The notes under the pieces were generated by a model. That model had not been told where the DNA came from and ran no database searches. It saw only the letters and a list, made by a program, of their open reading frames with translations. From the IMG/VR virus record IMGVR_UViG_3300032116_000031, positions 64,001-128,000 of that record: 64,000 bases of DNA; one strand, 5' to 3'. Below, piece by piece: positions 40,973 to 51,984 of the stretch (position 1 is the first letter of the stretch; each line of letters begins with the position of its first letter). Origin of the DNA: a virus. The translations under genes were made by a program, and so were the position numbers.

Positions 40973-43900
40973 ATGATTTCATTCTTTAAAAAAGTAGATC
41001 GCACTGCGATACCTGACAATTCTGTAAATTTAGACGATGTTTTTAACGAAATTAAAAACCCTGAATTCAAAAAACTAATCGAATTAGCTAGAAAAAGCGG
41101 CAAAAGTACGCCAACCAATTTCAACAGTGGAACTTATTATTTAGACTATGATGAATATCATAAAATACTCAAATACGATTATATCGTAAAAGAGTTAAAT
41201 GATATTATCGACAACACCTTATTAGATGTAGTATATTACTCTGAAAGATTATCTGCTCAAGACATTAAAAAATCCCTAACCAACTTAGGGGTTAAGTATT
41301 CCGATTGCGTAAAAATCGAGGACTTCTATTCATTCTTTGAATACAAGAATTATAATGTAGCTTTCATTTGCTTAGTCTGGGGCGGATTTGATACTATTAA
41401 ACAAGAGAAGACAGGCCAAAAAGGTGAATTTAAAGTCACCATCAGAAACATGTATAACTTTATTAAATCAGCAAAAACTCCAGTAGTTACTTGGAACGCT
41501 GACTTTGATAATAAAAGGTCACTTAAAAATATCAAAAGCCTTTCTGGATACATCTATATGGATGTAGATGATTTCAGTGTTATCAGCCAAGCAGAGGTTC
41601 GTAGAATCTTAACAGATAATGCCTTAGACTTCGTAAAAGCTGTTTGGGATTCATTTGGCGGCAACGGTATCGGTTTCTTGGTTAAAGTAGATAACCTGAC
41701 CGTAGACAATTTCAAATGGACATGGACATCTGTTGTTAAAAAGTTCGATGGAATCAATATCAAAATTGATAAGGCCACAAAAGATATTACCAGAATCAAT
41801 GTTTTATCGTACGATGAAAATATATTCATCAGGGAAAACTGTAATAGTATTTTAGCAATAGAAGAAAAGCCACAAGATCAACTTTCAATAAAAGTATCCC
41901 CGCTAACAGACGAGTTTAAAAATGATGTTTTAGAGCAAAGTGTATCTAACCTATACTTTGATGAATCTTTTTTTAATACTTATGAAGATAGATTAGCTTA
42001 TAGATTTTACCAAGTGTTATTCTCAAAAACAAATCATATTGGGATAACATTAGATGAAACCTTTGCTTTCCTATTAAAGTATGAGAAAGACTATCCGAAC
42101 ATTCTTAACAATAAGAAATATAGCCGAAACGAAATTTACAGTATTGGTAAGAACCAATATGATAGTTACGCCGATCAATTTGGTACAGTTACAGTAGAAA
42201 CAAATCATCACCTTTCAAAGGATTATATTTTAGTAAACATTTACAAAGAATATTCTGGTGATGTTAAATTGAAGCTACACGACATATTAGAAAAAGCTAT
42301 CTTAAAAGAAAGCAATGATATGCAAGCCGCTTTGGTTTATCTTATCTTAAACGCTAAGAGAACAGGTATCCTTATGAAGGATCTTAGTTCTTTTATTGAG
42401 AAAAAGTATGGTTACAATCCAGAGAATACTATTAAGATTAAGAAAATCTACACTAATTCAAAATATCCTTTTGGTATCGTAGCTAAATTGAAGCCAACTG
42501 TTATCCAAGAAAGAAGACAGAAGTTCATAGAGAAAGCAGAAGCAGAGAATAAAAAAGTAATCATATCTGAAAGCCTGAATTTTGCTGAACAAACAAAAAT
42601 CGTAACAGAACTATTCAATAAGATTTTTGGTCAAACCAGACTTACAGATAAGAACATCATATTCTTGGTAAAAACATATTTCAAGGAATGTAATTCCTTT
42701 GGGATTTCCCTTATAACTGCAAGAGAGTACTTAAATAGTAATGCTAACTTTCATTCTATTGAACGGTACTCTAACCACTATGGAAATGATATATACGAAA
42801 TGTATAAGGTGTTCTTTGGGTTGAGAATTATTACTTTAGTTGAAGATAAAAAAAAAATTAATAATTTAAGTCAACTTAAAAACGATCAAAAACTAAGCGA
42901 TATAAACCTATCGTTGGATGACAATACAATTTTGTGGGCTGATACAGGTATGGGTAAGACTACTTGGGCCTGCACCGAAGTAGAAGGTAAAAAAATCATA
43001 TTGGTTCCAACGATAGGTGCTCTTAAAAATATAGAACACAAATATAAAGCAGCTTCATTCTATGAAACGAACAAAAATGTTTCAGAGAAAGATCAATTAA
43101 TTGTATGCACATACTCTTCAGCTCCAACCCTATTCAAAACAATTAAGAGCTGGAAAGGTGGCTTGAAAGAGTATATTTTGATTGTCGACGAACAACATAA
43201 TTTTGCAGTTTCATCTTCTAAAAATTATAGGAATAAAGAATTAAATTATGTTTTAGATAACATTGATTCTTTTAAGAAGCGCATTTTTATGACAGGAACT
43301 TATTTTCCAGTTGAACACCCATCATTAAAAGAATTTAAAATTCATAGGGTTAAATGGGAAGATAAGAAAGTTAAGAATGCTACTGTGGTATTTTATGAAA
43401 ATAAAATCAAAGCAATCGAAAGCCGTTTAGTCAGAGGTAAGAAAAATATCATTTATCTCCAAGACAAACGTATGGATAAAGAGTTAGGTAAGTTAATAAC
43501 CCACCTTAAAAGTAATAATTGGGATAAAATCCATTTATTGAATTCCAACCAAAAGAAGGAGAACCATTTTAAGGATTTATTGACAACTGAATACCTACAA
43601 GAAGATGCTGAAATAATTATCACAACTTCAATCACAATTGAAGCTATCAACATTTTAAATAAAGACGTTGAAACAATTCACTTCATGACATTTGAAAACC
43701 CTAGGCTGATGGAGCAGATGGTTAATAGAATGCGTGAAAAATTACCCAGCAACATTTTTATTTATAAGAAAATTAAAACAGATAAATTACAAATAGAAGA
43801 ATCATTTAATGCTATTGCCAAACAAAAAGCAATAATATCTAATGCCGAATCTTTATTGAATTATTTGTCTAACCCAAAACAAAAGAAGATTAATAGCTAC

Positions 43901-45076
43901 GATGAAGTTGCCGCTCAAAAGTTGTTTGCTAATCAAATTTTCGAGAACTCTTCTATTTTTAAGGTTAATGAAAATCTTAATGTTTGGGAAATAGATTATT
44001 TGTCTATTGCAAATAAAGTTTTCAATGAGGAAACAAAGCACTCTAAAAATAATTTTGATTACTTCAAAAGTATTTTAAATGAATACGGTTGGGAATTCAA
44101 TCCTGAACAGGTAGATCTTTTAAAGATGACCGCAAAAGATAAGAAGGTTATTAAAGAAGAAAAAGAAAAAAGATCAGCAGAAATGTTGGAATATTCCTTG
44201 GATGTGCTTAACTTTGTGTCTCAATCGGATATTGATTCATTGAAGAAAGAAGTAGATAATAAAAACACATTTGATAATAAGAAGTATCCTGATATTGAAT
44301 GGAATATTAGAATTAAGGTTCTTAAATTATCTAAATATATGTCTTTTAATGAATCTTGTAAGCTGGTTAATATCTTAATTTCTGAATACGATAATTCTGA
44401 TATTAAGTTTAACAAAGCGATGAGGGAAGTAGCTGTTAAAATAGCTCGAGAAAGTGGAGTGTTCAATAATAATTTAGATTTTAATACTCCTTTTAGTAAA
44501 GCTATATTGAGGGATTATTTTAATATCAAGAAAAAGAATATTGTTCTTTCTAATCAAGATGTTATTTCCTTATTCAATAAGCGTAAGAATCTTTTGGATG
44601 TGGTGGACGGCGAAATGGATGCCTTCAAAATTCTAAGAAAGTATTTTGAAATCAAATCTATTCTGCATAAAGGTGAAATAAAATTCAAGCTGGGTGGATT
44701 GAATGTTTCAAATGATGTATCTAAATTCACAGCCGAATTTTATGAATGGATTAAAGAAATACATTCCGAGCAGAAGATTTTAACTTCAATTGAAATAGCA
44801 AATCAAATCAATCTTATTCGATCTAAATTGCCATTTCTTTCTAAGTTTAAATTGTCGAACAAGCAAGCATTAGCTCTATTGGAGGATTACGTTACAATTA
44901 AAAAGACAACAAAAAAATCCGAAGGTAAAATAGTGACATCGTATAAGGTTATTGATTTGGAACCAAAGATGACAAAAGGCATTGAGGTTAAAATAAATCA
45001 AAAAATTATAATCAATAATTTAAACGAAATTCAAGAAATAGAAGAGTTCACTCAAAAAATAACAGCTAATCAATAG
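40973..45076 (+). CDS. Primase (VirE-N/BT4734-like) fused to a superfamily 2 helicase
   Basis: SGYIYMDVD, SFGGNG, DKATKDITR...SYD; ADTGMGKT, IVDEQH, QMVNRMR. Confidence 0.75.
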   Translation: MISFFKKVDRTAIPDNSVNLDDVFNEIKNPEFKKLIELARKSGKSTPTNFNSGTYYLDYDEYHKILKYDYIVKELNDIIDNTLLDVVYYSERLSAQDIKKSLTNLGVKYSDCVKIEDFYSFFEYKNYNVAFICLVWGGFDTIKQEKTGQKGEFKVTIRNMYNFIKSAKTPVVTWNADFDNKRSLKNIKSLSGYIYMDVDDFSVISQAEVRRILTDNALDFVKAVWDSFGGNGIGFLVKVDNLTVDNFKWTWTSVVKKFDGINIKIDKATKDITRINVLSYDENIFIRENCNSILAIEEKPQDQLSIKVSPLTDEFKNDVLEQSVSNLYFDESFFNTYEDRLAYRFYQVLFSKTNHIGITLDETFAFLLKYEKDYPNILNNKKYSRNEIYSIGKNQYDSYADQFGTVTVETNHHLSKDYILVNIYKEYSGDVKLKLHDILEKAILKESNDMQAALVYLILNAKRTGILMKDLSSFIEKKYGYNPENTIKIKKIYTNSKYPFGIVAKLKPTVIQERRQKFIEKAEAENKKVIISESLNFAEQTKIVTELFNKIFGQTRLTDKNIIFLVKTYFKECNSFGISLITAREYLNSNANFHSIERYSNHYGNDIYEMYKVFFGLRIITLVEDKKKINNLSQLKNDQKLSDINLSLDDNTILWADTGMGKTTWACTEVEGKKIILVPTIGALKNIEHKYKAASFYETNKNVSEKDQLIVCTYSSAPTLFKTIKSWKGGLKEYILIVDEQHNFAVSSSKNYRNKELNYVLDNIDSFKKRIFMTGTYFPVEHPSLKEFKIHRVKWEDKKVKNATVVFYENKIKAIESRLVRGKKNIIYLQDKRMDKELGKLITHLKSNNWDKIHLLNSNQKKENHFKDLLTTEYLQEDAEIIITTSITIEAINILNKDVETIHFMTFENPRLMEQMVNRMREKLPSNIFIYKKIKTDKLQIEESFNAIAKQKAIISNAESLLNYLSNPKQKKINSYDEVAAQKLFANQIFENSSIFKVNENLNVWEIDYLSIANKVFNEETKHSKNNFDYFKSILNEYGWEFNPEQVDLLKMTAKDKKVIKEEKEKRSAEMLEYSLDVLNFVSQSDIDSLKKEVDNKNTFDNKKYPDIEWNIRIKVLKLSKYMSFNESCKLVNILISEYDNSDIKFNKAMREVAVKIARESGVFNNNLDFNTPFSKAILRDYFNIKKKNIVLSNQDVISLFNKRKNLLDVVDGEMDAFKILRKYFEIKSILHKGEIKFKLGGLNVSNDVSKFTAEFYEWIKEIHSEQKILTSIEIANQINLIRSKLPFLSKFKLSNKQALALLEDYVTIKKTTKKSEGKIVTSYKVIDLEPKMTKGIEVKINQKIIINNLNEIQEIEEFTQKITANQ

Positions 45077-45128
45077 AATTAAAAAGTAATAGTTACAAAT
45101 AAATTTTAACATTTTTTAAAAAAGTATT

Positions 45129-46607
45129 ATGGATTTCAAACCTAGTATATACCAAGAACAAATTTTTGAAACTTGGCAAAACACAGACAAGAATATTTTG
45201 GTTGAAGCTGTTGCGGGTAGTGGTAAAACAACTACCATCATTGAATTGATGAAGCGAACAGATGCAAGCAAAATTGGAATGTATGTGGCGTTCAACAAAC
45301 ACATTGTTGAGGAAATTAAAGCCAAGAATCCGCCGTCCAACTTCACAATAGGAACCTTACATAGCAGAGGTTATCAATCTATTGCAATGAATCATAGAGG
45401 TTCATTGAAATTAGATGATTGGAAAACATTCAAATTGCTTAAACCATTAACAGCTAATTGGAAGAACGTACCGAAGAAAAAGATTAATGCTAAAATATAC
45501 AACTTAACAGAGTTCTACAACTATTATAGGTTAACACATCAAAAAGACTTGTCTAATTTTGATCAGATGATTAAAAAATATGACCTGTCTTTGGATGCAA
45601 CAGATATTCCTAAAATACAGGAGATGCTTAGTCACATCGACCTGTATAATTCAAGGCATAATTTCCATAAAGAATTTATGATTGATTTTGTGGATATGAT
45701 GTATCTACCAGTTCATTTGAATTTGTTTATCAAAACGGTAGATGTTCTGATGGTAGATGAAGCACAGGATCTTTCCGCCGTCCAACACGAATTCATCAAT
45801 AAAATGATGAAAAAAGACAGTAGAATAATCGTTGTAGGTGATCCACATCAGGCTATATATGGTTTTTCTGGTAGCGATGTAGATAGCTGGGATAAATTTA
45901 AAAGCTTGGAAAATAGCGTCCAATTACCTCTATCTTATTGTTACAGGTGCGGCAAGAAAATCGTGGAACTATCTAATAAAATATACGACATCATGGAATC
46001 CCCAGATTGGATGCACGATGGAGAAGTAGTTGAAGAAGGTAATTTGTTGTATGTTAAAACAGGTGATTTCATCCTGTGTAGAAATACTAAACCCCTAGTA
46101 GAATTATATTTCAATTTGTTAACCTTAGAAAAACCTTGTTACATTAAAGGGAGTGATATAGGTAAGGGATTAGTTAAAGTGCTGGATGAATATAAGAATC
46201 TTTCAAGTAAAGATACTGTAACAGCAATGCACAAAGAACTAAATTCAATCTATAAATTGCTAATATCTAATGGCATACAACAACCACAAAAACATCAAAA
46301 GTATCTCAACTACGCTGAAAAGATTGAAATTATAACATTGTTTTCAGAGAAGTATGAAAAAACTATTGAAGTGATTAAAGCAATAGAAAACATATTTAAA
46401 GAAGATGGTGAAGGTATTATTCTATCGACTATACACAAAGCAAAAGGATTAGAAAGCGATATTGTATATCTTTACTTACCTCACCTGCTTCCTTCTAAAT
46501 ACGCCAAAATGCCTTGGGAATTGCAACAAGAAGATAACCTTTATTATGTAGCAGTGACCAGAGCAAAAAAGAAGCTGATAATAGTTAAAGAAGTATTTAC
46601 ATTATAA
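45129..46607 (+). CDS. UvrD/Rep-like SF1 helicase
   Basis: AVAGSGKT, VDEAQD, GDPHQAIYGF, YRC, STIHKAKGLE, YVAVTRAK. Confidence 0.93.
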   Translation: MDFKPSIYQEQIFETWQNTDKNILVEAVAGSGKTTTIIELMKRTDASKIGMYVAFNKHIVEEIKAKNPPSNFTIGTLHSRGYQSIAMNHRGSLKLDDWKTFKLLKPLTANWKNVPKKKINAKIYNLTEFYNYYRLTHQKDLSNFDQMIKKYDLSLDATDIPKIQEMLSHIDLYNSRHNFHKEFMIDFVDMMYLPVHLNLFIKTVDVLMVDEAQDLSAVQHEFINKMMKKDSRIIVVGDPHQAIYGFSGSDVDSWDKFKSLENSVQLPLSYCYRCGKKIVELSNKIYDIMESPDWMHDGEVVEEGNLLYVKTGDFILCRNTKPLVELYFNLLTLEKPCYIKGSDIGKGLVKVLDEYKNLSSKDTVTAMHKELNSIYKLLISNGIQQPQKHQKYLNYAEKIEIITLFSEKYEKTIEVIKAIENIFKEDGEGIILSTIHKAKGLESDIVYLYLPHLLPSKYAKMPWELQQEDNLYYVAVTRAKKKLIIVKEVFTL

Positions 46608-46608
46608 C

Positions 46609-46643
46609 AAAAAAACGCAAGCAAAATCTGCTTGCGTTTTTTT
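46609..46643. terminator. Bidirectional intrinsic terminator
   Basis: AAAAAAACGCAAGCA-AAATC-TGCTTGCGTTTTTTT between convergent genes. Confidence 0.88.
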
Positions 46644-46650
46644 TATGATT

Positions 46651-48039
46651 TTATTTAGTTATTATAAAACCACTAACATCACATACAGTTTTAACATCTT
46701 CTTCTGTAAATTCATGTTTGTTAATCTGATTTGAACAATAAAAAGAATTAGCAGATTTCGGAGCACCTTCAAGAGAAGTTAAATTACAACCACTGCAATC
46801 TATAATTCCAACTTTTTCAGGTGATTTTTTTAAAGAGGTTATGTTCGAGTTATTTTTTAAAATAAATAATCTAACATATTCAGTTGGAGCTCCATCAAGT
46901 GAGTTTAAATCACAACGATTACAAAAATAATCTTTAGCTCTCTTTGGCCCCCATTTTAGAGAAGATAATTGCCGATTATATGAACATTTAAACTCACCGC
47001 CCACTTCACTTGGGCAATTTTTTAATGAAAGTAATTTATTGTGACTGACATCAAAATTACCTTTAACCTCACCAAATTTTATTGGTATTTCTATTAATCC
47101 TTTGTCAGATAAATCAACGTCGCCATTAACATCCACAGTACCATCTTCATTAATAGTATAATTTTTAATTTTAAAATATTCTAATATTCTTTCAGGTGGC
47201 ACGTCTTTCGAATTAGAAGACTTAAATTGCTTGCCAGCATCAGCATATAATTTTTCATCTAATCTAAATACCCCTGTTTTTTCTTCTTGGGCTTTGTCAA
47301 GGACATTAACTAATGTTTTAACATATTCGGGATTATCTTTACCGTATTTAACCTTATTGTGTTCGATACCATACAATACTTCATCCTTATTATCTAGTTC
47401 CAAGTAAGGCTTAATTAAAATCCTTCCTATGGGATTTTTAATATTCTTATCTGTTGGATTGACAAGAAATGAAACCAATGTCCCTAATTTAATATCAATA
47501 GGTACAAAATGTTTATTAACTCCACCTCTTAAGTTCATACAAGAAAAATCCCATTTTCTATCAGTTGTCATCCCACCCAAATCATAAGGGGACTTGCTAA
47601 TAACCATGATGTAATCTTCAGCGACGGCGCTTTCAGATTTTGCACTGTCATAATCATTCAGCTTATCAACAGATTTCAAAAGCTCGTAGTTTCTCTGGAG
47701 CTTTGAAGCCGTTGGATCATTCTTTCCCAATATACTTAACACCTTTACAATCTTAACATTGTTTTTATCCCCCATCTTTCTTACCAAGCCACCCTTATAA
47801 TCCACAATCTCATAGTTATTTGCTTTAAGATACCTGTGGAGTTTATCCTCCAATGGAGATGCGGATATTTCAAAGAACAATCTGTCACCATTTCTATTGG
47901 TGCTATCCGCTTGGGATTTTAGTTTATCCCAGATGCCCCCAATACGCTTCATTGCTAAATCTCGACCTACTTGCATAAGCTCTCTAAACTCCGATGGTTT
48001 AAGTGCCTCGAAAAGATAATTATCAACGATTATTTTCAT
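46651..48039 (-). CDS. Hypothetical protein with MKIIV..LFE leader and C-terminal LRR-like repeats
   Basis: About six ~22 aa repeats of type D/C-S-xN-xL-xSL-xG-xP. Confidence 0.65.
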   Translation of the reverse strand: MKIIVDNYLFEALKPSEFRELMQVGRDLAMKRIGGIWDKLKSQADSTNRNGDRLFFEISASPLEDKLHRYLKANNYEIVDYKGGLVRKMGDKNNVKIVKVLSILGKNDPTASKLQRNYELLKSVDKLNDYDSAKSESAVAEDYIMVISKSPYDLGGMTTDRKWDFSCMNLRGGVNKHFVPIDIKLGTLVSFLVNPTDKNIKNPIGRILIKPYLELDNKDEVLYGIEHNKVKYGKDNPEYVKTLVNVLDKAQEEKTGVFRLDEKLYADAGKQFKSSNSKDVPPERILEYFKIKNYTINEDGTVDVNGDVDLSDKGLIEIPIKFGEVKGNFDVSHNKLLSLKNCPSEVGGEFKCSYNRQLSSLKWGPKRAKDYFCNRCDLNSLDGAPTEYVRLFILKNNSNITSLKKSPEKVGIIDCSGCNLTSLEGAPKSANSFYCSNQINKHEFTEEDVKTVCDVSGFIITK

Positions 48040-48049
48040 ATATTAAATT

Positions 48050-49189
48050 TTAAATCGCCCAAATACCATTTGGAACGAATTTTAGTGTTGTATTAAGATT
48101 TGTTGCTTCATTTGCTCTTCTTTCAAGCATTTTATCTGAACGTAATTCCAATAACCACTCTTGTAGTTCTAAAATTAACGCGCCTTTTTCTTCCTTGGCT
48201 TCTGCTAATAAGGTTTCATTATCCATGCTCACCTCTGCATTTGGAACCTTCAATGCGCCGCTGAATTTACCTCTTACTCTACCTAATGTTTCCTTCGATA
48301 AAGCTGTTAGGTATTTTCTCACCCATATTTTAGACATGTCGTTTAAATCACAGAAATCCAGTTTATTTAAAGGGACTTCGCTTGGGTATTTTATTATGTC
48401 ATCACATTCTTGAATACATTTGTTTTTAGCTTCAGCGTCCATATCTGTTGTATCGTAATAAAAATACCAAACCTTACATTTATAATTCTGTCTTCTAGCT
48501 CCGATTGTATTACCATTATTAGGTATTGAATATAAATGTAATAATTTGGTACCGTTTGGACCTGCTGTGATTGAATATGTCAAATCTGATTGTCTAAGCC
48601 TATTTTTTAACCCAGTATCCATAGCTCTTAACATAACATCAAAAGCAGGTGCAATGTAATAAGCGCTATTAAAAAATGCGCCATTACCCCATCCAGTGTA
48701 ATAAAAGCTGTCACCAAAGCCACCAATAGCTCCGAATGAGTTTTGATATGCTAATGATTGTGCCAAGGCTTGATCTATATCTGATGGTGTTTCCCACAAA
48801 ACTCTATTAACTAATCTACCTGCTGGTATTTCGTAAGTTTGGATACCTTCGATAACATCAATGTAATCTTTCTTCAATTCGTAATTGCCTCTACTTTGTA
48901 AACCAACTTGTTTGGAATATGCTATACTGAAGTCATATTCATAGTCTAGGCTTCTTGTAGTTAGCCCTAAACAGATGTCTGTTAAATTAGCAGGCTTACC
49001 TACTAGATTAGACCAACGTTCGCTTATGAGGTGTTTTTGAAGGTGTAGGACCAATTCTTCAACAGATAATTTAAGAAGAGTGCAAAATGCTTCTTCTGTT
49101 ATCTCTATTTTTCTTATCCCACCTCCTAATAAATGTTTAACATCTTCTATCAAACAAAGTTTTTCGGTATTTTCTATGCAATCTGCCAT
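48050..49189 (-). CDS. Neck protein, gp13-like
   Basis: LLGG....EI N-terminus; WVRKY..ALSKETLG.VRGKF.G...P. Confidence 0.75.
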   Translation of the reverse strand: MADCIENTEKLCLIEDVKHLLGGGIRKIEITEEAFCTLLKLSVEELVLHLQKHLISERWSNLVGKPANLTDICLGLTTRSLDYEYDFSIAYSKQVGLQSRGNYELKKDYIDVIEGIQTYEIPAGRLVNRVLWETPSDIDQALAQSLAYQNSFGAIGGFGDSFYYTGWGNGAFFNSAYYIAPAFDVMLRAMDTGLKNRLRQSDLTYSITAGPNGTKLLHLYSIPNNGNTIGARRQNYKCKVWYFYYDTTDMDAEAKNKCIQECDDIIKYPSEVPLNKLDFCDLNDMSKIWVRKYLTALSKETLGRVRGKFSGALKVPNAEVSMDNETLLAEAKEEKGALILELQEWLLELRSDKMLERRANEATNLNTTLKFVPNGIWAI

Positions 49190-49227
49190 TTTTTTATCTA
49201 TTTATATAAAGATAAATATAACTTAAT

Positions 49228-49935
49228 ATGCAAACATACTATAAATTAAATGATTTTTTAGAAGGGATGCGGAAGGATGTGGACGGCGAATTCTATTATG
49301 AAATAAAAAACGACGGAATTTATAAAATTGAATTCTCCCATGCAGGTAAAAAAGGAGGTAGCGTCTTTGAATATAAATTCTATCCAGAATTAAATAACAA
49401 ATTTAAAGAAGTAGAAGCCTTAGAAATTTACGATATTGATAAAGGGACGGAATTATTTATGGATTGGTTTTCAGAAAATAACCAAAATATAGAAATTATG
49501 ACCAAAGAAGAGGTGAAAAACTTTTTGGATAAGAATGTTATCGAGGAATCAAATTCTTGCTGGAAGAATCCAAAACAATTAGCAAAAGCAATTAAAAACG
49601 GCTTGGAAGTACCTAATTGTATCCCTGATGAAAAGTACGCCCTGAAAGAATCGAATTACTTTATCGGTAATAAGAAAAGAGAATTGAATAAAAAATATGA
49701 GAAGATAATGGATTGGTTGGAAGAAGTGGTCGAAAGTGGGGATAAAGATTACGCTGAAAAGATAATGAAGATAATTGAAAAGTGGAAGAAAAGCTATGAA
49801 GACAAAATAAGAAATGCTAAAAGCTATTTGAGAGAAAATAAAGATATTAAAATCCTTGACTTAAAAGAATATATAACAAAAAATGAAACTGCTAAAAACA
49901 AGATTAGCAGTTTCATTAAAAATTACGGCAATTAA
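49228..49935 (+). CDS. Hypothetical protein
   Basis: 235 aa; TATTTATA box at 49199-49206; several [ILV]xE sites. Confidence 0.65.
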   Translation: MQTYYKLNDFLEGMRKDVDGEFYYEIKNDGIYKIEFSHAGKKGGSVFEYKFYPELNNKFKEVEALEIYDIDKGTELFMDWFSENNQNIEIMTKEEVKNFLDKNVIEESNSCWKNPKQLAKAIKNGLEVPNCIPDEKYALKESNYFIGNKKRELNKKYEKIMDWLEEVVESGDKDYAEKIMKIIEKWKKSYEDKIRNAKSYLRENKDIKILDLKEYITKNETAKNKISSFIKNYGN

Positions 49936-51914
49936 TTTTGCATGAAAATTTGCTTATTTTCTTGCTTTTGTTTTGATCGCTCGAATACTTCTTCTTCATG
50001 TGAATTTTCGAACAAGCAGTAGTAAACGGATACATCTTCTGTTCTGCCTATCCTCCAACTTCTTGCTTCTGCTTGTTCGTGTTCACCGCTATTCCAATCT
50101 GGGCTATTGATAATGGCTATATCACCCTTCGTTAAATTGTGACCTGTTCCTAAAGTTTTAATATTACCGATGATAACTTTAACATCATCATCTTTTTGGA
50201 ATCTATCAATCAACTCCTGTTTCTTTTGTTGGGTCATTGTCGCATTAATCCCCACAGCTATTTTACCGAAATGCTTTAGGAACCCCTCATATTCTTCCTT
50301 GAAATGGGTGAAGATAATCACCTTTAACCCTTCGTCTATTTTATTGTCTACAAAATTCGTGGTATGAGGAATCTTGATTTTTGATAAAAATTCCCTCATT
50401 TTTATTGATTGACTTACGACCATTAAATCCTCCACGTTCACATTTTTAATATTCTTCTCAAGCATATATTCTTTCCATAATTCCCGATATTTTAATTTTT
50501 CGTTTGGGGATAATTCAAAATATAAAGGGAAAACATATTTTGTTGGGAAAAAGTCCAAAACTTCTGTTTTTTTACGAATTATTTGTGCATGTTTAATTCT
50601 TTGATATAGTTCTTCACTGTTAGTGTTTTCTACCTTTTTATCACCTATTTTTCTACCTAACACTATCACCTTTTTTCTATTATCTTCAAAGCCGCTTCTT
50701 AGGAGCGCATCACAATCAGATGAAGTTAAATCTGAAACAGACTTGTTTTGATTATTGACGTTAATACTCCATGTTTTACTTCGACCATTTCTAGCACCCT
50801 TTTGTTGAATTATATTCAGGATTGTTTTAACCCTTGAATGACCTTTAACATTAGACGATAGCAGTTCTAAAATTTCTGCTTTCAAGGCTTTGGTTTTAGC
50901 GCTATCCATTACTTGTTCATAGGCATTACAGTAGGTGAAGGCATATTCTTTATATTTCTCTAAAACATCTTGGAACCAGCCTTCTACTACAATTACATCT
51001 GAAATGTTTTTATTTATTGTCCTACAAATATTATAGAAATCAATATTTCTTTCTATTGGTGTTCCAGATAAACCGATGATTTTTTGAACAGACCTTTGGG
51101 ATGCCAACATTTTTATACAACTAGATTGTATGCTAGTTGGGTTTTTAGCTCTGTGTATTTCATCTAATATAATACAGTCAAAGTTCTGTAAAAGAAGATC
51201 ATTAGTTGCTTTATCTGTATTCTTTGATTTTTTTACAGATATGAAATTTTTTAGGATTTCGTAGTTTATTATTGTGAAGGTGGACGGCGAATTATCCCAT
51301 ACTGATCCTGAAATTATTTTCGCTGTTTCATTGTAGGTTTCTATTTCCCTACGCCAATTTAACTTCAAACTGGCCAATGTAATAACCAGTATGTTTTTAT
51401 AGCCATTATCCAAGGCTGCAACAATAGATTGACAAGTTTTACCTAAACCCATATCATCCCAATTAAAAGCTGGGTTACGTAACTTCATAAATTTAATCCC
51501 TTCAATCTGGTGAGGAAATAATTTACGATTAGCCTTGTTGTTATTGTCCCATTTTTCAGCGTCGAATGTTACTTGATTAATTTGTTTTTTGAAGGGATTT
51601 TCGCAATCATCTTTATAAACAAAGAAACTTCTATTCTTATATGCAAAATGATAAATCTCGGATGTTTCACCGTATAGGTAATTAATTTTAATTTCAGTAA
51701 ACTCACTGTTTGTGCCGAATTGCTTGTTTAAATATTCCACATTTCGCCGTCCAACATTCAAACTAAGATTACCAAAATCATAACCAGAATACCTGAAATT
51801 CATTTTCAAATACTCATTATCAAATGGAGATAACCTTCCACCACTTTCCATCATCTTTTTCAGATGTTTGATGTAAGGATTGAAACCCCCATAATCCCTT
51901 AATAATTCTTCCAT
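49932..51914 (-). CDS. SNF2-family helicase
   Basis: DDMGLGKT, ILDEIH, LSGTP, GTGHNLT, QAEARSWRIG; start MEELL chosen to avoid overlap with tnpB. Confidence 0.9.
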   Translation of the reverse strand: MEELLRDYGGFNPYIKHLKKMMESGGRLSPFDNEYLKMNFRYSGYDFGNLSLNVGRRNVEYLNKQFGTNSEFTEIKINYLYGETSEIYHFAYKNRSFFVYKDDCENPFKKQINQVTFDAEKWDNNNKANRKLFPHQIEGIKFMKLRNPAFNWDDMGLGKTCQSIVAALDNGYKNILVITLASLKLNWRREIETYNETAKIISGSVWDNSPSTFTIINYEILKNFISVKKSKNTDKATNDLLLQNFDCIILDEIHRAKNPTSIQSSCIKMLASQRSVQKIIGLSGTPIERNIDFYNICRTINKNISDVIVVEGWFQDVLEKYKEYAFTYCNAYEQVMDSAKTKALKAEILELLSSNVKGHSRVKTILNIIQQKGARNGRSKTWSINVNNQNKSVSDLTSSDCDALLRSGFEDNRKKVIVLGRKIGDKKVENTNSEELYQRIKHAQIIRKKTEVLDFFPTKYVFPLYFELSPNEKLKYRELWKEYMLEKNIKNVNVEDLMVVSQSIKMREFLSKIKIPHTTNFVDNKIDEGLKVIIFTHFKEEYEGFLKHFGKIAVGINATMTQQKKQELIDRFQKDDDVKVIIGNIKTLGTGHNLTKGDIAIINSPDWNSGEHEQAEARSWRIGRTEDVSVYYCLFENSHEEEVFERSKQKQENKQIFMQN

Positions 51915-51984
51915 AACTTTTATTTTAAATTTTAGTGTTTTGATATTTATAAAGGACAAATATAATTCCGTAAAATTATGAAAT

